64,000 nucleotides of DNA from Opitutia bacterium Tous-C4FEB. Its GTDB lineage: Bacteria; Verrucomicrobiota; Verrucomicrobiia; Opitutales; Opitutaceae. The DNA lies in contig NEVA01000008.1 of assembly GCA_002304445.1 (NCBI GenBank), positions 53,657-117,656 of the forward strand, in the 5' to 3' direction. The notes below the pieces were generated by a model, which saw only the letters and a list, made by a program, of their open reading frames with translations, was not told where the DNA came from and made no database searches. The position numbers and the translations under genes were made by a program. Below, piece by piece: positions 9,640-17,637 of this stretch (its first letter is position 1; each line of letters opens with the position of its first letter).

Positions 9640-9658
9640 CTCCGCTCAGTTTTGGACC

Positions 9659-10588
9659 ATGCGAATTTTTCTCACCGGTGCATCCGGTCTTGTCGGCTCC
9701 GCGTTTGCCCGCGCCTCCGCCCGTCGCGGCCATACCCTCACCGGAATTGTCGGTAATTTTTCAGGCGATGTTCCTGGTCTTAGCTCCCGCCGCCCGCTGG
9801 ATCTCACCGATGAATCCGCGCTCTCCTCCGCGCTCCTCGATGTTTTCCCCGATGCCATCGTCAATTGCGCCGCCGTTTCCGAACCCGCCACCGTCGATCA
9901 AGACCCCGCCCGCGCCCAAGCCCTCAATGTCGCACTGCCCGCCGCTCTCGCCCGATTAGCCCACCATCTGAGCGCGCGGCTCGTGCATGTATCGTCCGAA
10001 CAAGTCTTCGATGGCACCCGGTCTTTGCCTTACACGGTGGCCGACCTCCCTGCTCCGCTTAATCTCTACGGCCGACAAAAAGTCGCCAGCGAACAACTCG
10101 TTCGCGCCCTGGCACCTGAGTTCAGCGCCGTAGTTCGCGCCCCGTTGTTGATGGGTAACAGTCCCGGAGGGCGCCGCAGCTTGCACGAGCGTTTATTGGG
10201 AGATTGGACGGCTGGAAAAACAGCCCGTCTTTATCTCGACGAGTATCGCCAGCCGTGCACCGCAGAAAACCTGGCCGAGGTCTTGCTCGAATTGTGCGAA
10301 CGTCCGGAGTGCCGCGGCACGTTCCATTGGGCGGGTGCCGATTTGATCTCGCGTCATGCCCTCGGTTTGGCGCTCCGATCCCATTTCAACTTATCACCCG
10401 AACGGGCGCCCATCGTTGCGGTGCGACGGACCGACCAGCCCGAGATCTCCAAGAACCGGCAAGCGTGTCTGGCACTCGATCTTGCTCCGTTATTGGGCGT
10501 GCTTAAAACCCGACCACAAACCTTAGCGGAACAACTCGCCGAATTGCACGTTCCGCCTGCCTGCCAGGATTGGTGTTTGAAATCCTGA
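9659..10588 (+). CDS. SDR-family NAD(P)-dependent oxidoreductase, RmlD (dTDP-4-dehydrorhamnose reductase)-like
   Basis: MRIFLTGASGLVGSAF Rossmann motif and YGRQK (YxxxK). Trimmed to ATG 9659. Confidence 0.65.
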   Translation: MRIFLTGASGLVGSAFARASARRGHTLTGIVGNFSGDVPGLSSRRPLDLTDESALSSALLDVFPDAIVNCAAVSEPATVDQDPARAQALNVALPAALARLAHHLSARLVHVSSEQVFDGTRSLPYTVADLPAPLNLYGRQKVASEQLVRALAPEFSAVVRAPLLMGNSPGGRRSLHERLLGDWTAGKTARLYLDEYRQPCTAENLAEVLLELCERPECRGTFHWAGADLISRHALGLALRSHFNLSPERAPIVAVRRTDQPEISKNRQACLALDLAPLLGVLKTRPQTLAEQLAELHVPPACQDWCLKS

Positions 10589-10609
10589 TCTCCCGTTCAC
10601 CTTCAAGTC

Positions 10610-11005
10610 ATGCGCACGCTCAGCTGTTTTCTATTGGTTCCCTTGATGCCCACCGCCGTTTTTATCGTGATCACTCTGGCGCGGGCTAAGGCCGACGTGT
10701 GGGATATTTTACCCGCTTTCCTGATGATCTGTTACCCGTGGTGTTGGTCGGTCGGTGGCATTGTCTATGTGGGCTTGCGGCATTTTCGCCGGGACGGCTT
10801 CGTGGCTTGTGGCTGCGCCGGGGCCTTTATCGCCGTCCTCTATTTTCTGATCCCTTTTGCACTGGGACCCGACCGATTTGAGATCTCCCGCTCGTTGCTC
10901 CAATTCCCGCTTCTTTTGGCGGCTACCGGAGTTTTTTCCGGGGTTTTCTTTCGCAGTTTGCGGGGACCCTTTGCTCGGTCCGAGAAGACGCCCAGCCAAG
11001 GATGA
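10610..11005 (+). CDS. Small polytopic membrane protein, unknown function
   Basis: 131 aa with about 4 hydrophobic helices. Its stop overlaps the next ATG (ATGA at 11002-11005). Confidence 0.5.
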   Translation: MRTLSCFLLVPLMPTAVFIVITLARAKADVWDILPAFLMICYPWCWSVGGIVYVGLRHFRRDGFVACGCAGAFIAVLYFLIPFALGPDRFEISRSLLQFPLLLAATGVFSGVFFRSLRGPFARSEKTPSQG

Positions 11006-11736
11006 CCATGAGATTGGATGTCTTACCTCATCGCACCGCAGGCGCGGCCGAAAACATGGCCAATGATTTTCTCCTGCTCCAACGTTATCCGGAATCTGCG
11101 GCTGCCCGTTTGCGCACTTATAGCTGGCGGGGATCGGCCTGGACTTTCGGTTACAGCCAGAAAATCGCGTTCGTCCGCACTCAGCTCCCTATTGCCGCCG
11201 GGCCAAATGATATCTGCCGGCGTGTGACCGGAGGCGGCGTGGTGGATCACCGCGAAGACTGGACGTATGCTCTCGTGATTCCGCGGGGCTTTGCCTTGGA
11301 AGAATTGCGGGCGAGTGAAAGCTACCGGCACGTCCACGAGTGCTTGGCGGCTGTCCTGCGAACCGCCGGCGTACCTGCAAGCGTCAAAGTAAGCTGTGAA
11401 CCTCCCACGGACGGTGAGCTCGCTTGCGGACCCGCTGGCGTCTGCTTTCAACGAGCCGAACTGTACGATATCATTAATGAAACCACCGGCCAAAAGATCG
11501 CCGGTGCCGCTCAAAAGCGTAACAAGCACGGTTTATTGTTTCAGGGCTCACTTTGGCGACCCGCCGTGGCCCCGATCACCGTCGATTGGGATAGTCTGGC
11601 CGCAACTTTTGCGACGACGCTTGCCACCATGCTGGAAGCTGAAACCGTTGAAAAACCTTGGCCCGACTTCAACGAAGACGAGCTCTCAGCTTTGGTGGAA
11701 CACTACGGCTCAACCGAGTGGATCGAGCACCGTTAA
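11002..11736 (+). CDS. Biotin/lipoate A/B protein ligase family protein (LplA/LipB catalytic-domain-like)
   Basis: 244 aa. The segments ...RTYSWRGSAWTFGYSQ...RRVTGGGVVDHREDWTYALVIP...GQKIAGAAQKR... match the BPL/LPL catalytic pattern. Confidence 0.55.
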   Translation: MTMRLDVLPHRTAGAAENMANDFLLLQRYPESAAARLRTYSWRGSAWTFGYSQKIAFVRTQLPIAAGPNDICRRVTGGGVVDHREDWTYALVIPRGFALEELRASESYRHVHECLAAVLRTAGVPASVKVSCEPPTDGELACGPAGVCFQRAELYDIINETTGQKIAGAAQKRNKHGLLFQGSLWRPAVAPITVDWDSLAATFATTLATMLEAETVEKPWPDFNEDELSALVEHYGSTEWIEHR

Positions 11737-11741
11737 ATCGA

Positions 11742-12620
11742 CTATTCGTAGCGTTGCGCCCTGCCCAGGTAGTTGAGCATCCAAATCTCCTTCCACACAC
11801 GGTAACGGCCCTCGTGGGTGATCTTGCCAAAATCTTCGCGTTCCGGGTGGGGATGGAGAAAACCCAATTCGGTGTTCAACCGGTCCAACTCATTTTGCGC
11901 GAAATTGAGATCGTTCAAAGGCTCGGTTGAAAACGAAACTGCCGTCACCTTCGCCGCCAACAGTCGCGCACGATGTCGCTCAAGCAATCGCACCAAGGAA
12001 CGGCTCCATGGACGCCGTTCAACAAACCAGTTTTCGGGATAAAAGCCGGCGAAGGGAACCGTGAGATTGTCGGTGATATAGCGCTCTCCCGCACTCGTGA
12101 TCGAAGTCAGCGTGTAGCAAAGTCCGATTGCCCCGTTGTTCTGCGGAAGAAAGGTCACCTGAACCCGCAACGTGCTCGCCGCGTCCTGATAAATTGAAAC
12201 CCGGAGATAGAGACCGCCCCCGACTTCCGCTTTGAGTGCTTGCACCTGTCGCAAGCCCTGAGCCCTGAGCCATTCCCGCACTTTCAGGAGTCGGGGCTGC
12301 ACCGGCCATTCCTCACCGGATGAATTGATCGCATAGCGTGGAAAGAGAGGCAACGGGCTTACACTCAACGCTGAAATCGCCAACCAATTGTAAAGTGTCT
12401 CCCCGAGAAACCAGATGAAGAAAAAAGCCGCGACCAACACCCAATAAGGCCGGTTAACCAGTTCGAGAAAGAGACAAAAATGTGCCGCACCAAACGAAAA
12501 AATCAGCCACCGCAACCAACGATCCGCGATCGCCAACAACGGCGATGCGTATCGAAAATTTAACTGCACAATCGCCAACGAGAGCACGATCGCCGCCAGC
12601 AACAGATATTGTACGATCAT
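11742..12620 (-). CDS. Membrane-anchored hypothetical protein
   Basis: 292 aa with about 3 N-terminal TM helices and a soluble C-terminal domain. I recognise no family. It lies in the low-G+C stretch. Confidence 0.5.
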   Translation of the reverse strand: MIVQYLLLAAIVLSLAIVQLNFRYASPLLAIADRWLRWLIFSFGAAHFCLFLELVNRPYWVLVAAFFFIWFLGETLYNWLAISALSVSPLPLFPRYAINSSGEEWPVQPRLLKVREWLRAQGLRQVQALKAEVGGGLYLRVSIYQDAASTLRVQVTFLPQNNGAIGLCYTLTSITSAGERYITDNLTVPFAGFYPENWFVERRPWSRSLVRLLERHRARLLAAKVTAVSFSTEPLNDLNFAQNELDRLNTELGFLHPHPEREDFGKITHEGRYRVWKEIWMLNYLGRAQRYE

Positions 12621-12708
12621 CTAAATGGATCGGATCACCGAACTTTAGGCGGTTTCAAACGAACAAAAAAGAAAGCTGCCGATGATAGGATTCCGCCTAA
12701 GCTTAACC

Positions 12709-13833
12709 TTAACTCAATCGGACGGGCATGATTACACAAATGAAGCTCTCAAGCGTTTTGAAAACTCCGGGACTCACTTCATCTTTCACTTCGAAAAACA
12801 CTTCGTCTTTTGTCAGCGCTTTCAGCGGATCCATGAGGAAGGCCGGATTAAACGCCACCTGAAGATCGGGACCATTGTAGCCGATTGCCATGGATTCGTG
12901 TGCTTCGCCGAAATCAGAACTCGCCGCAAAAATTTCGAGCAAATTGCTGCTGATTTTGATTTTTACCGAGTTGGCTTTTTCGGAACAGACCAACTGCGCC
13001 CGATGCACACACTGCAGCAACAATTCACGTTCCAATTTGATTCGCTGATGGGTTTCTTTTGGAACCACCTGCTGATAATTTGGATAATTTCCTTCAACCA
13101 CTTTGGAGTAGAGATACACGTGATCGATCAACCCGCTGGTATCCTTATCGGTTGAAATCTGGAACGCCGCCCGGCGTTCGTTAAAATTAATTTTTACTTT
13201 CGTTCCTTTGTCCAAAAGCCGATTCAGCTCAGAAACGGTTTTTGCCGGCAAAATGATGGCTCCGGCATTGGCTGCCGGCACTTCCATTTCTTTGGCAATC
13301 AACGCAAGCCGGCGCCCGTCCGTCGCGACCAGAGTCAATTTCTCATCCCGAAAATTAAAATAAACTCCGTTTAGAATGTAACGTGTTTCGTCGGTCGATT
13401 GCGCGTAGGAAACGCTTCGCAACATGCTGACCAGTTCGCTTTGGTCCAAGGTGTAGGCTTTTTCATCACCAAATTCGGGCAATGGCGGAAATTCGTCTTT
13501 GCCGATGCCCATGATCTTAAACGTTGAGCCACCTGACGTTAATTTCACCTGATGGTTGGGCGAACCATCGAACGTCACATCCACGCTCGGCAGCTCCCGC
13601 ACAATCGTTGCTAGTCGCTTCACTGGGAGCGTAACCGAACCGCCTTCTTTGATCTCTGCCTTGATTTTGCAACGAATGCCCAAATCGAGATTGGTCGTTG
13701 AAAGCGAAATCTGGTCTTTCTCTGCCTCAATCAACACGTTGCTCAAAATAGGCATCGTTGCTTTGGACCCTACGACATTGAGCACTTGGGCAAGGCCGTT
13801 GGCAAAATGATCACGATTGATTTTGAATTTCAT
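12709..13833 (-). CDS. dnaN: DNA polymerase III beta sliding clamp
   Basis: [53 protein letters not shown]... over 374 aa is a classic DnaN. Composition is unusual: 26-28 G+C per 60 nt in the lines I counted. Confidence 0.9.
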   Translation of the reverse strand: MKFKINRDHFANGLAQVLNVVGSKATMPILSNVLIEAEKDQISLSTTNLDLGIRCKIKAEIKEGGSVTLPVKRLATIVRELPSVDVTFDGSPNHQVKLTSGGSTFKIMGIGKDEFPPLPEFGDEKAYTLDQSELVSMLRSVSYAQSTDETRYILNGVYFNFRDEKLTLVATDGRRLALIAKEMEVPAANAGAIILPAKTVSELNRLLDKGTKVKINFNERRAAFQISTDKDTSGLIDHVYLYSKVVEGNYPNYQQVVPKETHQRIKLERELLLQCVHRAQLVCSEKANSVKIKISSNLLEIFAASSDFGEAHESMAIGYNGPDLQVAFNPAFLMDPLKALTKDEVFFEVKDEVSPGVFKTLESFICVIMPVRLS

Positions 13834-14068
13834 GAAGAAGGAGCAGGGGTCGGAACGTGGCGCAGGAAGAAGTTAACAAATGCCAAAAGAATAGAGGTTC
13901 AATAATGAATTATATCCGTATCACTATGGGCTGTGAGCAACTCCAATAACTCGGGGAATCTGCTCGAAAACAGAGCGGAATCTGGTCGTGAAGAACCAAG
14001 GGTTGGGCTTTGATAAGAGCGGGGTTATTCAGAGGGAAAAAGTTGTTGGGCAGTCATCGGCATGTTGC

Positions 14069-14962
14069 TCACACGGAATTAACCGGGGTTTGTTTGCGGG
14101 CTGCCCGAGCTCGTCGCCAGTGACGAATGAGCCCGAAGAAAATGTAACTCAGGGTGCAGGCCAAAAGACCGAACTCCTTGAACAGGATAAGGGCCCCGGC
14201 CACCACGACGATCACGACAAACGTCGTAAGTCGCGTGCTTGTTTGTAGATCAACTTTTTTGCCGCTGGGATACCGAACCGTGCTGACCATAAGAACAGCA
14301 ATCAGCACCAGCAGGGGCGGCAAAATCACCGCCCAACGATGAATATCTCGGTCGCTCTCGGCCAAACTCAGCAGAGCCAAAACCAGCGAAGCAACCGTCC
14401 CGGCCGCCGCCGGCACCGGCAAACCCAGAAAATCTTTGCTCGAATCTTTGGCGTCCCGCCGGACCAACGGATTGGTGATGACGTTAAAACGAGCGAGGCG
14501 CACCGCGGCACAGAGAAGATAGATGAAACTAAGAAATCCACCGAGTTGTTGGAAAATGGGATAGCCGTGGGTGGGAGACAAAATCAGGAAAAAAACCAAC
14601 AACGCCGGCACGAGCCCGAAAGAAACAACATCGGCCAATGAATCGAATTCCGCCCCAAAAAGAGACTCGCGACCACCCATTCGCGCCAACCGACCGTCGA
14701 GGGTGTCAAAAGCGGCGGCACCCAAAATCAACCAAACGGCCCATTTGAAATACCCAATGGCAACCGGCGAAAGTTCCGAAACCATCTGCATCCCGGAGTG
14801 ACGCATCTCATAGTTCGCTTTGATGCAAAAAATGATCGCGACGAAACCACAGCACAAATTGCCCGCGGTCATCAAATTCGGCAGGAAATAAATCCTGCTC
14901 GCATTCGTGACATTGTAAGGATCCTCCGGGTCAGACCGGTCGGAACGGCGCGGCGAAATCAT
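14069..14962 (-). CDS. pssA: CDP-diacylglycerol--serine O-phosphatidyltransferase
   Basis: CDP-alcohol phosphatidyltransferase motif DTLDGRLARMGGRESLFGAEFDSLADVV, in a polytopic protein. ATG 14962 overlaps the upstream stop (ATGA). An alternative start lies at 14992. Confidence 0.85.
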   Translation of the reverse strand: MISPRRSDRSDPEDPYNVTNASRIYFLPNLMTAGNLCCGFVAIIFCIKANYEMRHSGMQMVSELSPVAIGYFKWAVWLILGAAAFDTLDGRLARMGGRESLFGAEFDSLADVVSFGLVPALLVFFLILSPTHGYPIFQQLGGFLSFIYLLCAAVRLARFNVITNPLVRRDAKDSSKDFLGLPVPAAAGTVASLVLALLSLAESDRDIHRWAVILPPLLVLIAVLMVSTVRYPSGKKVDLQTSTRLTTFVVIVVVAGALILFKEFGLLACTLSYIFFGLIRHWRRARAARKQTPVNSV

Positions 14963-15312
14963 TTTTTGGTGAGACTTTCGAGGTACTTCCAAAATTTGGA
15001 ATGTTGTTCCACAAGTTGCTGTTCTGAAACGGGCAGCTTGTTGCGCAGGAGGAAATCCTCGAGCGAGTTTTTGTGGAGGATGTAATTCACATGCAGTTTC
15101 TCGCCATGCGCATCAAAATAGAAGCGGAAATCCCCGGCACGTAACCGGTAAAATTCTTTGCCGGCCCGCGTAAAGCGGCCCAGCGGCTCTCTTGGGTGCA
15201 ATAAATCTTCGGGTTTCAGCCCGGTGATGGGCTCGACCACATCGAGCTGAGTCAGCTGATCCAGCTGATTGAGCTCATGCATCGCCTGGGAAGAAAAAGT
15301 GACCTGATACAT
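14959..15312 (-). CDS. RelE/StbE-fold protein with a C-terminal extension
   Basis: MYQVTFSSQAMHELNQLDQ...GKEFYRLRAGDFRFYFDAHGEKLHVNYILHKN follows the RelE/ParE pattern (Y.i.f...a...l..L......yRlRvGdyRiiY......i.i..i.hR). Trimmed to ATG 15312. Confidence 0.5.
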   Translation of the reverse strand: MYQVTFSSQAMHELNQLDQLTQLDVVEPITGLKPEDLLHPREPLGRFTRAGKEFYRLRAGDFRFYFDAHGEKLHVNYILHKNSLEDFLLRNKLPVSEQQLVEQHSKFWKYLESLTKK

Positions 15313-15624
15313 GGGACGCTTAGAGCTACCGGTCGGGGGGCGTGCGGCAACGCTATTTCCCCCGTCGTTTTCGCACACGTACCGGGGAAATGGTTCGAAG
15401 GTGATGCGGGTCGCCCAACAGCAACGGGGCGTGGTAGCAGCTAGAGCGGGCAACCACCCTCTCGGGCTCGCATATCACGGCAAACGGTCCGGGATTCCTG
15501 TAACGGCAGTCACGCCCGGTTACGCGCTGTAGATCAAGATTTCGCCCTGCGAAAAAATGGGTGCCCAGGGTGTTCTTGGGTGGACCAGATTTTGCAAAGG
15601 CCCGCGGAGCAATCAACTCCCTCG

Positions 15625-15837
15625 TCAGGCCGGCGGGATCACGGCGATAATCTCCCGGGCGGCGGTAGCGTCATCGTCCTCAACTTGCACGCGAATGCCG
15701 CCGATCGCGAAAGCATAGGGACTGGCGGCTTGCACGGTGAGTTCGTCGGGGATGTAGGCCGCGATGCCGCTCCCCTCAAGTGCGGCTCGGATAAGGTGAG
15801 CCTCGATCAGGAGGTTGACGTTGGCGATGGTGGTCAT
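15625..15837 (-). CDS. DUF2007-like small protein (putative signal-transducing fold)
   Basis: 70 aa: MTTIANVNLLIEAHLIRAALEGSGIAAYIPDE...IRVQVEDDDATAAREII. This is the typical DUF2007 pattern. Confidence 0.55.
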   Translation of the reverse strand: MTTIANVNLLIEAHLIRAALEGSGIAAYIPDELTVQAASPYAFAIGGIRVQVEDDDATAAREIIAVIPPA

Positions 15838-15988
15838 CGGGTGAGATTGTAACCTCGAAGGTGCAGCGTAAGCGAACTTGATCCACCGCTGCTTGAGAGA
15901 AAATATATTGGGTTGATCACGGCGAGAGTTCAGACGTTCGTTTCAACGACGCTTCGAGATCAAAAATCCATCGGAGCGAACAAAATTT

Positions 15989-16954
15989 ATGGCTCTTTTT
16001 TCAATGATGGGTCGTGTGGCGCGGGTCGTATCGGGTGTAACCGCGTGGAGCGTTTTCAGCGCGGAGGTGGGAGGCGCGGAGGGTTTAAGTCCGCCGCACC
16101 CCACGGTTCTCTTGGTTGAGTCGGGTGAATCGCGGTTACCGGTGTGGAATGTCGCGGGAGCGAGTCCGATCGTTGATCGTGATGGCAAAAAGACCAAGTT
16201 GAGAAGCGATGCCGTCTTCTTTGCCGAACGCGCGCCTCACTATGCCGATGGCGATGTGAAAATCGCAAAATTGACCGTCAACGGTATGTCCATGGTCGCG
16301 ACGGTCGATACCATGGCGGATGTATCCCGTGTCGGCGGCAGGCTTGGGGGTACGGCGTATTTTGAATTCACGGCGAATGCATCGGTGGATCTGAAGGGTG
16401 CGTTTGTCGCGGTTTTGGTTTATGACAAAACCTTCCTGACCGACGACCGGGTCAACCCGGTGCCCGAAATCGTGGTGCGAGAACTGCCGGCTCTTCTGGC
16501 GGGTGAGGACACGAAGATTGGGTTTAGCAGCCCCTTGTCCGATCCTAAAGTTCGGCCGGGAGTGTTGATACTGGTTTTTGCGGCGGGCGGTGCCGAGGTG
16601 CAGACCAACTTTTCGTCTTATGTCGGTCGTTATTTTCAACGGATCGCTCAAGCGCGTCTTGCCGTTGCGCTGCCAAAGTATCTGGCGGAGCCAGGACCTT
16701 TGGACCGGGCGGCCGTTCCCGCCCTGCGCTTCAACCCGATTCTGCCTGAAAACGTCATCAAACCAAAAGCACCCATCGAAGCGATGTTGGTGGTCAGTGA
16801 AAAAGGTTGGGTGACCGAGGTGGAACTACCGGAGGAAATCGATCCGAGACTGGCGACGTCGCTGACAGCGAATTTGCAGGGCTGGATGTTTTTGCCGCGA
16901 GTCGTCGCGGGCACACCGGTTTCCACGCGAATCAAGTTACCTCTTAAATTTTAG
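15989..16954 (+). CDS. Secreted hypothetical protein with a TonB-C-like tail
   Basis: 321 aa with a hydrophobic N-terminus. The C-terminus ...VSEKGWVTEVELPEEID...LQGWMFLPRVVAGTPVSTRIKLPLKF resembles a TonB C-terminal domain. Confidence 0.45.
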   Translation: MALFSMMGRVARVVSGVTAWSVFSAEVGGAEGLSPPHPTVLLVESGESRLPVWNVAGASPIVDRDGKKTKLRSDAVFFAERAPHYADGDVKIAKLTVNGMSMVATVDTMADVSRVGGRLGGTAYFEFTANASVDLKGAFVAVLVYDKTFLTDDRVNPVPEIVVRELPALLAGEDTKIGFSSPLSDPKVRPGVLILVFAAGGAEVQTNFSSYVGRYFQRIAQARLAVALPKYLAEPGPLDRAAVPALRFNPILPENVIKPKAPIEAMLVVSEKGWVTEVELPEEIDPRLATSLTANLQGWMFLPRVVAGTPVSTRIKLPLKF

Positions 16955-16983
16955 GCTCCGGGCGATGGAGCAGAGAGCCGCGG

Positions 16984-17526
16984 CTATTTCACTTTTGCGT
17001 AAAAAATGCAGTCGCGGGGTTCGGTGCCGATGTTGGGGGAAACGTGCCAGCGGCGAAGCAAGGCCTCGCGGGTGAGGCCGGATTTTTGCATCACGCGGCC
17101 GGAGGCGGGATTGGCGGCATCGCAATAGGCCCATACGCGGTAGACGTCGGTTTGGGCGGTCGTCCATTCGACGACGGCGGTGAGGGCCTCGGTCATCATG
17201 CCGCGGCCCCAGAATTTTTTCGCGAGCACGTAGCCGCACATGACTTTCCCGCCGTCGGGCATCAGCCCGATGGAACCGATAGGCGAATCGGTGCCGCGCA
17301 GACAGAGTAACCAGGCGTAATGCGGGCTGTTGGGACGCTCCCAATCCGCCGCCCGGTCCCGCAAGAAATCGGCTAGAAGTTCAACGTGGGAGTAGGGAGC
17401 CCAGGAAAGGTAGCGGGTCACATCCGGATCGTTGGCGTAGGCGGCAAAAACGGCGGGTGCATCCTCGGCGCGGGGGCGGCGAGCGGTGAGGCGGGCGGTG
17501 GCAAAAGTCTCGGGCGGACGAAGCAT
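16984..17526 (-). CDS. GNAT family N-acetyltransferase (RimJ/RimL-like)
   Basis: 180 aa from ATG 17526: ...IGSIGLMPDGGKVMCGYVLAKKFWGRGMMTEALTAVVEW...VWAYCDAANPASGRVMQKSGL. The track ORF extending to 18330 is a shadow extension antisense to ndh. Confidence 0.75.
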   Translation of the reverse strand: MLRPPETFATARLTARRPRAEDAPAVFAAYANDPDVTRYLSWAPYSHVELLADFLRDRAADWERPNSPHYAWLLCLRGTDSPIGSIGLMPDGGKVMCGYVLAKKFWGRGMMTEALTAVVEWTTAQTDVYRVWAYCDAANPASGRVMQKSGLTREALLRRWHVSPNIGTEPRDCIFYAKVK

Positions 17527-17637
17527 ACGCGGCGGGCGTTGGGTGACTGGGCGATAGACGCACCCGACGGTCAAACGTTGTGCGTGGGCGAAGCGGGGTT
17601 TGCGCCGCGATACGATCGTCTCTACGGTAGGTTTGGG

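Noticed and set aside
12621-12708. An inverted repeat, TTAGGCGG ... CCGCCTAA, downstream of dnaN, considered as a terminator.
   Set aside because: The arms are separated by a loop of about 40 nt, and there is no adjacent U-tract. It is not a convincing intrinsic terminator.
13834-14068. An AT-rich 235-nt intergenic region upstream of dnaN, considered as a possible oriC.
   Set aside because: I found no convincing DnaA boxes. The best matches to TTATCCACA/TGTGGATAA, such as TGTGAGCAA and TTATATCCG, have at least 2 mismatches. There is no dnaA nearby and no clear AT-rich repeat (DUE) array. It is most simply the dnaN promoter region.
15313-15624. A 310-nt non-coding gap upstream of the RelE-like/pssA unit, inspected for riboswitch, SRP or RNase P features.
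   Set aside because: I saw only fragmentary resemblances, such as GGTCCGGGATTCC against the SRP GGUCCGGAAGG motif and GGCAACC as in SAM-I. No coherent consensus structure emerged.
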